A DNA stretch of 64,000 nt. Origin: Pseudolabrys sp. Its GTDB lineage: Bacteria > Pseudomonadota > Alphaproteobacteria > Rhizobiales > Xanthobacteraceae. Location of the stretch: positions 1,924 to 65,923 of the forward strand of contig DASTSG010000047.1 of NCBI GenBank assembly GCA_035760805.1, read 5' to 3'. This document shows positions 25,912 through 34,202 of the stretch, one piece after another (the stretch's first letter is position 1; the number at the start of each line of letters is the position of its first letter). The position numbers and the translations under genes are program-made. The notes beneath the pieces were generated by a model, which had not been told where the DNA came from, searched no databases, and saw nothing but the letters and a program-made list of their open reading frames with translations.

Positions 25912-26490
25912 ATGATCAGCCCCGCATCGACTACCTATTCATACCGTCCGTCGGCCTTGGGTGCCCATTGGACGTTCAGGCTCGAAGGACAGGCCCTCTT
26001 TTGGGACGCCGGGCGGAAGTCAGGCCGCATTCCCTTGCGTGACATTCGTCGCATGCGCCTGTCATTCAAACCGACCGGAACGCAGTCCACCCGTTTTCGG
26101 CTTGAAATCTGGTCCGAGGGGGCACCAAAAGTCGAACTCGTCTCGACGTCTTCGAAGGGTATCGTGGAGTACGAGCGCCACGATTCGGCTTACCGCGCCT
26201 TCGTCGTGGAATTGCACCGGCAGCTGTCCCTCGTGAATGACCGGGTATCCTTCGAGCGAGGGGTCAACACGACCGTCTACTGGTTGGGCTTCGTTGTATT
26301 TGTCACAACCTCTCTTGTCGCCGCTATCCTGATCGTTCGCGCGCTCGAAGCGCAGGCGTGGCAGGCTGCCGGGATCGTCGGCGCGATTGCGGCCGTATTT
26401 TTTTGGCAGGCAGGCCGCTATTTTCGCCGGAACAAACCGGGGCGCTACCACCCTGACGCTTTGCCGAGCGAGGTGCTTCCGCAGCCGTAA
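25912..26490 (+). CDS. hypothetical protein with soluble N-domain and two C-terminal TM helices
   Basis: ORF track, 192 aa. TM segments are VYWLGFVVFVTTSLVAAILIV and AAGIVGAIAAVFFW. No family recognised. Confidence 0.55.
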   Translation: MISPASTTYSYRPSALGAHWTFRLEGQALFWDAGRKSGRIPLRDIRRMRLSFKPTGTQSTRFRLEIWSEGAPKVELVSTSSKGIVEYERHDSAYRAFVVELHRQLSLVNDRVSFERGVNTTVYWLGFVVFVTTSLVAAILIVRALEAQAWQAAGIVGAIAAVFFWQAGRYFRRNKPGRYHPDALPSEVLPQP

Positions 26491-26500
26491 ACAGGCGGCT

Positions 26501-26728
26501 CTATTGCCGCCTGTTCAGCATACGATCGCGTTCGGTATCGATCTCCACGGCTTTCGCCAGGAATTCATTGCCGATCGCGTCAAGCTCCTGCGCCACCGCA
26601 CTGTCTGAAAGCTCCATTCTGGCGTGCCGCGCCAGGCGGAAGCACTGCTCAGCCTTTACGATGAAATATTCGGATTCCAGGACTTGCGACGTTGGCATCA
26701 TGTCACGAGGAGTGGGATTGCGTTGCAT
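26501..26728 (-). CDS. small helical hypothetical protein (75 aa)
   Basis: ORF track, ATG start. FIVKAEQCFRLARHA...ELDAIGNEFLAKAVEID resembles an abundant class of small alphaproteobacterial helical proteins (recalled, unverified). Last gene of the luxR-luxI-co-directional string. Confidence 0.45.
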   Translation of the reverse strand: MQRNPTPRDMMPTSQVLESEYFIVKAEQCFRLARHARMELSDSAVAQELDAIGNEFLAKAVEIDTERDRMLNRRQ

Positions 26729-26960
26729 GATTGACGGCCTTTTCGCTTTCTTCCTTCAAAGCCATGCGGGCCAGCCGCAGCAGACTTACGAAAAACGAAA
26801 AGCCCATCTGCGTGCCTTCAGCGATGGCGTAGTCAAGGATGGCCTCGAGGCCGGCGACATCATGTTTGCTCGCAGCGCTGATTTGCGACGCTTCATCAGT
26901 ATGATGGTTTGTTGGCGGGTGTCGCACAGACGAGACATTTGGAGTCATGGCTTCTTTCAT
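26703..26960 (-). CDS. small hypothetical protein (85 aa) immediately downstream of luxI
   Basis: ORF track, ATG 26960 (alternative ATG 26948). It starts 24 nt after the luxI stop, overlaps the next ORF by 26 nt, and has a helical core LEAILDYAIAEGTQMGFSFFVSLLRLARMAL. Confidence 0.4.
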   Translation of the reverse strand: MKEAMTPNVSSVRHPPTNHHTDEASQISAASKHDVAGLEAILDYAIAEGTQMGFSFFVSLLRLARMALKEESEKAVNHATQSHSS

Positions 26961-26984
26961 CCCGGATGTTTTTGCTTCTTTCGA

Positions 26985-27623
26985 TCAGGCCAGGAGTGAG
27001 CGCGCCGCTTGCACCTGGATTGGCTGATACAGGACCGAGTTGGTGTCACCCCGCATCTCGCGCAGCCGCGCGAGCGTGCGCGAATCGAACTTTGCGGTAA
27101 CCGCGACCACGTCAGACGGCCCATAGCGCCGCGGCAGCCCGAGGGGCGTCACGCGGAAATAGAGCTGCACCAAGCGCAACAACCAGATCGGGTCCATTTC
27201 GATGATGATGGTTGTGACGCCGGTGGCGAGCCCCCATTCGACGATGCCGGACAACAGCGAATTGGCAATCGGACTGAGGGCACGTCCGCGTTCCCGATGT
27301 GGGCGCGAGACGCAGTAGCGCGTCCATTCCCAGACTTCAGGCCCGACAGGTCGCTCGTCCTCGCAGAGGTCGGAGAGCACGTCCGAGAGCAGATGCGGCC
27401 GCGTCGTGGGCAACATGCGCTGATAGCCGAGCACCGCGCCGTCTCGAATGTAGAGCATGTGCAGCGCGCGTCCGTCATCGAACTGATCGATCTCGCGGCC
27501 GTCAGGCTTTCGCAACTCCTCCCATTTTGATTCTTCAACAAAGACCTGATGGCGCAAGCGGTACGCTTGATCCATTTCGGCTCGATAATTCTGAATATTT
27601 TCTGCGTCGACCAAGTGAATCAT
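26985..27623 (-). CDS. acyl-homoserine-lactone synthase (LuxI family)
   Basis: ORF 26985..27653(-). ATG 27623 (MIHLVD) has GGGAGGAG upstream. LuxI signature residues are present: RLRHQVFVEE..W, DGREIDQFDD, VWEWTRY, VTPLGLP. Confidence 0.9.
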   Translation of the reverse strand: MIHLVDAENIQNYRAEMDQAYRLRHQVFVEESKWEELRKPDGREIDQFDDGRALHMLYIRDGAVLGYQRMLPTTRPHLLSDVLSDLCEDERPVGPEVWEWTRYCVSRPHRERGRALSPIANSLLSGIVEWGLATGVTTIIIEMDPIWLLRLVQLYFRVTPLGLPRRYGPSDVVAVTAKFDSRTLARLREMRGDTNSVLYQPIQVQAARSLLA

Positions 27624-27676
27624 CGCCGGCTCCTCCCGTCGTTTTCGTCTCAACAGACCAACGAGAGAGGAGCTTG

Positions 27677-27700
27677 CAAAGTACGCGAACGCGTACCTTG
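27677..27700. promoter_or_regulatory. candidate lux-box-like operator (24-bp imperfect palindrome)
   Basis: CAAAGTACGCGAACGCGTACCTTG has 10 of 12 positions self-complementary. It lies 54-77 nt upstream of the luxI ATG and 31 nt after the luxR stop, with no T-run that would make it a terminator. Confidence 0.4.
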
Positions 27701-27730
27701 AACGCGGTCGGGGGCGAGGAATAAACTGAG

Positions 27731-28561
27731 CTAGTTGATGATGTATCTTCGAAGCGCTTCGGCGACGGCCTGCGTTCGATTGGTTGCATGAAGCTTCTGC
27801 CGCGCGCTGCGGAAGAACTTGTCAACCGTATGCTCTGAGATGTTCAGAATCTCGCCGATTTCCCACTCGGTCTTGCCCGCCGCGGCCCATTGAAGGATTT
27901 CTTGCTCGCGACGCGTGATGTGAGCCTGCGCAGCCTCGACTCTTTTCAACCGCAGGTTCAGTGCGTGGCCGAACGCATAGGTCGTCACCAGCGACATCAT
28001 GCCACGCAAGTGGGGCGGCATTTCGATTCGGGAACCGGCGATGGAAAAGCCTGCGACGTCCCCGTCGAGCGTGACCAGCGGTACCGTAAACCCGCAATTG
28101 AGTTGAAATTCACCCGCCTCATTCATCACCCGACTTGCCATCGGATCGTCGCGGCAAGCGGGCGTGAGCTCGCTCCACATAAATGGCGAGAGGTCGGAGG
28201 TCACGCGCCGGATCGCCGGATCGACGAACAAGTAACCGTTCGAAAAATATCGTTTGGCCCAGCCCATCGGCCAGTCGGCAAGAACGACATTCGACTGCTG
28301 CTCTGATGGAGTTGCGCCCGGCCGCGGGATCGTGCCGGCAAGGATATTGCTGAAGCCGTAGGGCCGCACAGCCTTGAGGATGACGTCGCAAATTTCGACA
28401 GGGGATGTCGTGCGGTCGATATCGCGGATGAATGCCAGCGTTTCGTCGAGACCGCTGCTTGAGCCAACGGCGGCAGGCAGGCGTTTTGCCGGTCGTCGGC
28501 CGGCGGTTGCGGCACAGTTGGAAGCGTTATTGCTTCCGTTCTTTCCGTGCGGTCCCGTCAT
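27731..28561 (-). CDS. LuxR-family AHL-responsive transcriptional regulator
   Basis: ORF 27731..28564(-); the track start is GTG and ATG 28561 is adjacent. The autoinducer pocket has TraR-like spacing (WAKRYFSNGYLFVDP...PFMW). C-terminal HTH: EWEIGEILNISEHTVDKFFRSARQKL. Confidence 0.9.
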   Translation of the reverse strand: MTGPHGKNGSNNASNCAATAGRRPAKRLPAAVGSSSGLDETLAFIRDIDRTTSPVEICDVILKAVRPYGFSNILAGTIPRPGATPSEQQSNVVLADWPMGWAKRYFSNGYLFVDPAIRRVTSDLSPFMWSELTPACRDDPMASRVMNEAGEFQLNCGFTVPLVTLDGDVAGFSIAGSRIEMPPHLRGMMSLVTTYAFGHALNLRLKRVEAAQAHITRREQEILQWAAAGKTEWEIGEILNISEHTVDKFFRSARQKLHATNRTQAVAEALRRYIIN

Positions 28562-28707
28562 CACGGCCCATCGAAATCACGACGAGGCGGCTGCTCGTCA
28601 ATTTTCCAGCTGCAATCTAGGCCCCTGAACGCGGTGCATCAACACCACAAAAGGTTGCACTGCTTTTCACGAGCAGAAATGCGGAATTGCTGCACCCTCA
28701 GCCGATT

Positions 28708-29238
28708 CTAATTCGTCGCCGGCTCGATCGACTGCGGGACGACGAAACGCTCCAGGCGACCGGCGTGCGGGTGCAATTTTGCCCAGTCATCAAAGGAAAA
28801 ACCGATAATGACAAGGCCTGCAGGGGGCAGTTCCTCGCGCAACCGCTCACGCGCCTCGATGTCGCCCGAAGCAATGAGCGACAGTGCAAGTTCGTGCAGC
28901 GCGGGATTGTGGCCGACAACCAAAAGGTTCGCGACCTCAGCCGGTGTTTCGGCGATAGCATTGAAGATGGTATGAGCCGTCGCACCGTAGAGCGATTCTG
29001 CAACTTGCGGACGTGGCGCGGAGGCCATCGCGGCGGCAGCGTGCTTCCAGGTTTCCTGTGCGCGAAGGGCAGAGGAAAGGAGAACACGATCCGGCACGAG
29101 GCCGTGGCGCGCGAGATAGACGCCGACGTTGCGGGCATCTTTGCGTCCGCGGTCCGTCAACTTGCGGTCGCGGTCGCTCTCGCCCGGTTCGGAGCGTTCG
29201 GATTGGGAATGGCGAAGCAGCAGAAGCCGACGCATCAT
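28708..29238 (-). CDS. histidine phosphatase family protein (SixA-like)
   Basis: ORF track, 176 aa. Catalytic RH motif LLLRHSQSE, a later SSALRAQET block and a second His (VVGHNP). Confidence 0.8.
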   Translation of the reverse strand: MMRRLLLLRHSQSERSEPGESDRDRKLTDRGRKDARNVGVYLARHGLVPDRVLLSSALRAQETWKHAAAAMASAPRPQVAESLYGATAHTIFNAIAETPAEVANLLVVGHNPALHELALSLIASGDIEARERLREELPPAGLVIIGFSFDDWAKLHPHAGRLERFVVPQSIEPATN

Positions 29239-29274
29239 GTACCAATATGTAAACGCGCCCGAAAAGAGTTATAG

Positions 29275-30696
29275 GTGCGCGAGATGAACGTGCAATCTTC
29301 CAGTCTGGCACAGTCTAGCACGGCTCAAGGGGCCGCTGCCGAACTGGCGGCTGGCTCTAACGGCCGGTTGCCGCAAGAGACCTGGTACGAGGCGACGACG
29401 GTCGCGCGCCCTGAGCGGCCGCGCCTGAACATCGATATAGACGTCGATGTGGTTGTCATCGGAGCGGGTTTCGCCGGTCTAACGGCCGCGCGCGAGATTG
29501 CGCGACGCGGCTGGTCGGTTGCCGTGCTGGAGGCAAGACGGGTGGCCTCGGCGGCATCCGGCCGCAACACGGGATTCGTTCTTCCGGGATTTGCCGAAGA
29601 ACTCGACGATATGGTTGAGCGGATCGGGCTCGATCATGCCAAGCAGTTGTGGGCCCTGTCGGAACGGGGGCTCGCTTACGTGCGCGAGACGATCGCCCAA
29701 ACGAAGATGCCGGGTGTGGAGCCGACACCGGGTTGGCTCTTCATTTCAAAAACGGACGACGGACGGGAATTGCCGGAAATGGTCGAGCGGCTGCGCTGGA
29801 TCGGCGCCGATGTTGAAAGCTGGTCGCCGGAGCGCGTGCGCTCCGTACTCCCGAGCCGCTACTATTTCAATGCCGTCTACTACCGGACCGCCTTCCACAT
29901 TCATCCGCTCAATTACGCGTTGGGACTTGCCGCCGACGCGGAGTCATTCGGCGTGCGCATTTTCGAGAATACGCCCGCCGTGTCGATCGATGCGGCGGGA
30001 ATTCGTAAGCGGGTCAACACGCCGGCAGGGCGCGTGCGTGCGTCGCACGTCGTGCTGGCCGGCAATGTTCACCTCGGCGCGCTGGTACCGCGGCTCGCGG
30101 CGACTCTCGTGCCGATCACGACCTATGTCATGGTGACCGAGCCGATCGGACCGAAACTGCATGAAGTCATTCGCTATCGTGGAGCGGTCAGCGACGGCGA
30201 ACGGGCCGATAACCATTACCGCATCGTCGGCGGGGATCGCCTGCAATGGTCCGGCCGCATGACCGTGTGGGAAGGCAATCCACGGCGGTTCGCGCGCAGC
30301 CTCGTGGGTGATATCCGGCGCAACTTTCCGCAACTCGGCGAAGTTAGGCCGGCTTATGTCTGGCAGGGCACGCTTGGCCGCTCGGTGCACCGCATGCCGC
30401 AAATCGGTGAACTGACCCCCGGTGTGTGGGTCGCCAGCGGGTTCGGCGGACATGGCATCAACACGACGGCGATGGCCGGCGAATTGGTTGCGCGCGGGAT
30501 TGTCGAGAGCGATCAGACATGGAGATTGTTCGCGCCCTATGAGTTGGTGTGGGCAGGTGGGACATTCGGGCGTGTGGCGGCACAGTGTATTTATCTGGCG
30601 GAAAAGCCGATTGGGCTGGTGCGGCAGAGTTTGACACGTCAGCGGGAACGCCTGCGGCGCCGCAAACAGGCACGGCTCGCGGCAAAGCGCGTATAA
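29275..30696 (+). CDS. FAD-dependent oxidoreductase (DAO family, gamma-glutamylputrescine-oxidase-like)
   Basis: ORF track, 473 aa. Dinucleotide fold VVVIGAGFAGLTAAREIARRGWSVAVLE followed by SGRNTGFV. Alternative start ATG 29284. Confidence 0.85.
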   Translation: MREMNVQSSSLAQSSTAQGAAAELAAGSNGRLPQETWYEATTVARPERPRLNIDIDVDVVVIGAGFAGLTAAREIARRGWSVAVLEARRVASAASGRNTGFVLPGFAEELDDMVERIGLDHAKQLWALSERGLAYVRETIAQTKMPGVEPTPGWLFISKTDDGRELPEMVERLRWIGADVESWSPERVRSVLPSRYYFNAVYYRTAFHIHPLNYALGLAADAESFGVRIFENTPAVSIDAAGIRKRVNTPAGRVRASHVVLAGNVHLGALVPRLAATLVPITTYVMVTEPIGPKLHEVIRYRGAVSDGERADNHYRIVGGDRLQWSGRMTVWEGNPRRFARSLVGDIRRNFPQLGEVRPAYVWQGTLGRSVHRMPQIGELTPGVWVASGFGGHGINTTAMAGELVARGIVESDQTWRLFAPYELVWAGGTFGRVAAQCIYLAEKPIGLVRQSLTRQRERLRRRKQARLAAKRV

Positions 30697-30719
30697 GTAA
30701 ACTTTGCCCGCAGCGCCCT

Positions 30720-32321
30720 TCACAAGCTGAAGTGCGCGTAACTCCTCAACTGTTCGAGATATCTGCCAATCGGAAAAGAAATCCAGGCGCGATCGCGCAA
30801 ATGAGGCACGCGGCGGATGTCGATCGTTTGCGCCAGCTTGCGGATGTAATAGAGCTCTTCCTTGGTGCGGACACTGAACGCTTCGAATTCCTTTTGCCCG
30901 TCGGCGAATTCGCGGTCGGAAATTGCTGCGTTGAAACGCTGTTTCCAAGTGGAATGTTCGGGACTGGCGTCGAGACCTGCGCCTTCGCCGAACGGCACTT
31001 TGGTGCGATTGCGGATCGAGACCGGCAGTTCGTCCGGATAGAGATCATAAACTTGGCGCAACGCGATCTTACCGACGGCGCGACCCTCGACATTGCCCAC
31101 CAGCGCGGAAGGATCAAGGTTGAGCGCGTAATTGACGACCGAACAATCGAGAAACGGCTCGCGTATTTCGAGTTGATGCCGCATCGAGCAGCGATCGACG
31201 CGTTGAAGGCTGACGCGATGCATCAGTCCCAGGCACTCGTTGCGAATCGCCTGGCCCGCTGCCGGTGAGTCCTGAAATGCGACTTCCAGCGGCGGATAAC
31301 CGCAGAAGAGCTCGTCGGCGCCTTCGCCGCACAGCGCCACGCGGATGCCATCGCTGTGTATCTTTTGCGAAGCGATCAACGCACATACCGCGTCACGCAC
31401 GACGTTGGGCTCGAAGGATTCAGTAACGGCGACGACTTCGTCAATGAGGGTGAAAGTGATATCGCTGTCCGCCTCGAGCGGCACGATGCGCAGGTCGAGG
31501 CCGGTATTCTCGGCGTATTCGGCGGCGTAGCGGTAGTCCGGCGAGTTTGGATTGCCGACGAAGTAGCCAGGCGCGTCAGGCCGCAGACGTCGGGTGTAGT
31601 GCGCGACGAGCGTGCTGTCGATGCCGCCGCTGAACACAGTCGCCACCGGCAGGCCATCCGGAATGCGAATGGCCACCGCTTCGGCAAGCAGCCTGTCCAG
31701 CGCCTCCGCACCGCCCAGCGACGGTACGATAGAGGGTGCAGTCTCAAGCGGTGATCTGAAGCGTATGCAGCCGCCGCGTGCGAGAAGGTAGCCGGGCGGA
31801 AGCAGCATGACGTCGCCTTCGGCAACCGTGTCGATGAGCGGCCGTATCTCGGAGCAGAACAGGAAACCGCGGCCGGCCTGAATGAGGTAGAGCGGCTTGA
31901 CGCCGAACGGGTCGCGCGCGGCCAGAAATTCGCCAGTCTTGGTGTCGACCGCGACAAAGGCGTACATGCCGGCGAGGCGTTCGAGGGCGGCCGGTCCCCA
32001 CGTTTGCAGCGCGTTGGCCAGAACCTCGGTATCCGACTCGGTCTTGAACACAATGCCCGCCGCCTGCAGCTCGCTGCGCAGCTCGCGGTGATTGTAAATC
32101 TCACCGTTGAAGGCGACCGCGATTCGGCCGTTAAACGAGAGTTGCGGCTGCACGGCACGCTCGGCATCGACAATCCGCAGCCGGCGCGTACACATGGCGC
32201 AGTCGGAACGCGGTGAGAAGACCGGATCGGTGATGTCGCCGCGGTGAAGGATCCCGTCGATCAACAGCCGTACAAAGGTTTCGGCCTCGGGCCAATCGAC
32301 CGCTACGGCGATTCCACACAT
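30720..32321 (-). CDS. asparagine synthetase (glutamine-hydrolysing) family amidotransferase
   Basis: ORF track, 533 aa. N-terminal nucleophile MCGIAV and the PP-loop SGGIDST. Confidence 0.85.
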   Translation of the reverse strand: MCGIAVAVDWPEAETFVRLLIDGILHRGDITDPVFSPRSDCAMCTRRLRIVDAERAVQPQLSFNGRIAVAFNGEIYNHRELRSELQAAGIVFKTESDTEVLANALQTWGPAALERLAGMYAFVAVDTKTGEFLAARDPFGVKPLYLIQAGRGFLFCSEIRPLIDTVAEGDVMLLPPGYLLARGGCIRFRSPLETAPSIVPSLGGAEALDRLLAEAVAIRIPDGLPVATVFSGGIDSTLVAHYTRRLRPDAPGYFVGNPNSPDYRYAAEYAENTGLDLRIVPLEADSDITFTLIDEVVAVTESFEPNVVRDAVCALIASQKIHSDGIRVALCGEGADELFCGYPPLEVAFQDSPAAGQAIRNECLGLMHRVSLQRVDRCSMRHQLEIREPFLDCSVVNYALNLDPSALVGNVEGRAVGKIALRQVYDLYPDELPVSIRNRTKVPFGEGAGLDASPEHSTWKQRFNAAISDREFADGQKEFEAFSVRTKEELYYIRKLAQTIDIRRVPHLRDRAWISFPIGRYLEQLRSYAHFSL

Positions 32322-32473
32322 GCTGTTGATCCCCTGGAGCGGGCTAACGGCGGGACGGCACGTCGGACTGACCCGACGCTTACGAGCAATTAGGCCGTCC
32401 AGACTGGTAGGAAAAGATTAACTATAAGTTTCGCAGCGGGACCGCCGGCGCGCCTAAACGGCGCGGGCGGCGC

Positions 32474-33319
32474 TCAGCGTTGCTCGCGCCGCGCCATGAA
32501 GGCGAGGCGCTCGAACAGATGCACGTCCTGCTCGTTCTTGATGAGCGCGCCGTGCAGCGGCGGGATCAATTTCTTTGGATCGCGCTCGCGCAGGATTTCC
32601 GGGCCGATGTCTTCGACCATCAGCAGCTTGAGCCAATCGAGCAATTCCGATGTGGAGGGCTTCTTCTTCATGCCCGGCACATCGCGAATTTCGTAGAAGA
32701 GCCGGAGCGCTTCGGAAACGAGACGCTTCTTGATGCCGGGGAAATGCACCTCGACGATCGCCGTCATGGTGTCCGGATCCGGAAAGCGGATGTAATGGAA
32801 AAAGCAGCGGCGCAAGAATGCGTCCGGCAATTCCTTTTCGTTGTTTGATGTGATGACGACAATCGGACGGCGTCGTGCTTTGATCGTTTCGCCGGTCTCG
32901 TAAACAAAGAATTCCATGCGATCGAGTTCTTGCAACAGGTCGTTGGGAAACTCGATATCGGCCTTGTCGATCTCGTCAATGAGCAGAACGGGGCGCTCTT
33001 CGGAGACAAACGCCTCCCATAATTTCCCGCGCTTGATGTAATTTCGAATGTCTTTCACGCGCTCGTCGCCGAGTTGGCTGTCGCGCAGGCGGGAGACGGC
33101 ATCGTACTCGTAGAGTCCCTGCAACGCCTTGGTGGTCGATTTGATGTGCCATTCAATAAGCGGCGCACCGAGCGCTTTCGCCACCTCGATCGCGAGTACG
33201 GTTTTGCCGGTGCCCGGTTCACCCTTGACGAGCAGCGGCCGCTCAAGGGCGACGGCTGCATTTACGGCGACCTTTAAATCGTCCGTCGCCACGTAATCCT
33301 TTGTACCTTCAAAACGCAT
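32474..33319 (-). CDS. MoxR-family AAA+ ATPase
   Basis: Inside ORF 32474..33346. ATG 33319 (MRFEGTKDY). Walker A GEPGTGKT, Walker B LLIDEIDK, and the SNNEKELPDAFLRR sensor/arginine region. Confidence 0.9.
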   Translation of the reverse strand: MRFEGTKDYVATDDLKVAVNAAVALERPLLVKGEPGTGKTVLAIEVAKALGAPLIEWHIKSTTKALQGLYEYDAVSRLRDSQLGDERVKDIRNYIKRGKLWEAFVSEERPVLLIDEIDKADIEFPNDLLQELDRMEFFVYETGETIKARRRPIVVITSNNEKELPDAFLRRCFFHYIRFPDPDTMTAIVEVHFPGIKKRLVSEALRLFYEIRDVPGMKKKPSTSELLDWLKLLMVEDIGPEILRERDPKKLIPPLHGALIKNEQDVHLFERLAFMARREQR

Positions 33320-33481
33320 GAAAACCTCGAGAATTGCGGGCGACATTAGGGAACAGGGCTCCTCAGAGCAAGTTGCGGCCCGCGGTTACCTCGCACCAAC
33401 GTGATGATTTTGTGAGCGCAAATTGAAGCGCAGCAGGATTGCTGGCGCTATCATATGGGCCAGGCAAGGAGACGTGAGTAC

Positions 33482-34003
33482 ATGATCGACCGGCGACTGC
33501 TCTTGCTGGCGGGCACGGCATTTGCCGCCGTAGCGGCCGTCGGAAAATTCGGCGGTGCGGAAACGACCGTGACCGACTCGACGCCCGTGCAGTCCGGGGA
33601 CGAGAAATTCAGGCTCAGCGAAGCCGAATGGCGCAACCGTTTGACGCCCGAACAATTCTACATTCTGCGTCAACGCGGCACCGAGCGCCCCGGATCGAGC
33701 CCCCTCAACGAGGAACATCGCAAGGGCATTTTCGCCTGCGCGGGCTGCGATCTGCCGCTGTTCTCGTCCGATACAAAATTTGAGAGCGGTACCGGTTGGC
33801 CGAGTTTCTATGCGCCCTTGCCTGATGCGGTCGGCACCAGCACAGATCGCTCATTCTTTATAGAGCGTACCGAGGTGCATTGCCGCCGCTGTCTCGGTCA
33901 CTTGGGTCACGTCTTCAATGACGGGCCGCCGCCGACAGGATTGCGCTACTGCATGAACGGATTGGCGCTGAAGTTCGAGGTCGCCGCTCCATCATCGTCC
34001 TGA
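33482..34003 (+). CDS. msrB: peptide-methionine (R)-S-oxide reductase MsrB with export (Tat-like RR) signal
   Basis: Inside ORF 33455..34003. ATG 33482 gives MIDRRLLLLAGTAFAAVAAV. MsrB blocks CAGCDLPLF, GWPSF, HCRRCLGHLGHVF and RYCMN are present. Confidence 0.9.
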   Translation: MIDRRLLLLAGTAFAAVAAVGKFGGAETTVTDSTPVQSGDEKFRLSEAEWRNRLTPEQFYILRQRGTERPGSSPLNEEHRKGIFACAGCDLPLFSSDTKFESGTGWPSFYAPLPDAVGTSTDRSFFIERTEVHCRRCLGHLGHVFNDGPPPTGLRYCMNGLALKFEVAAPSSS

Positions 34004-34109
34004 TCGTTATCTCGTCACACAGGCAAAATGTGCCGGCCGCGGCAGAAAGCACCGACTCCGTGCACGATCCGGATTCGGATAAGCTATTGATAATACATGA
34101 CAAACGGTG

Positions 34110-34124
34110 TGGCACGAGGATTGC
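34110..34124 (+). promoter_or_regulatory. sigma54-type promoter upstream of flgE
   Basis: TGGCACGAGGATTGC matches TGGCACG-N4-TTGC exactly and lies 79 nt upstream of the flgE ATG. Confidence 0.6.
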
Positions 34125-34202
34125 CACGGCTGTCTCCGAAGTTCGTGCGTAACGCGTCTTGCAGTGGGACGCGCGGCGCGCTGCGACAGTGGAGAGACAG
34201 TC

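Noticed and set aside
21456-33319. The idea that the 10-kb accessory segment was inserted into a MoxR-VWA operon
   Set aside because: The two functionally linked genes are convergent rather than co-directional, so a simple insertion cannot explain the layout. No repeat boundaries or integrase are seen. It is kept only as a loose observation.
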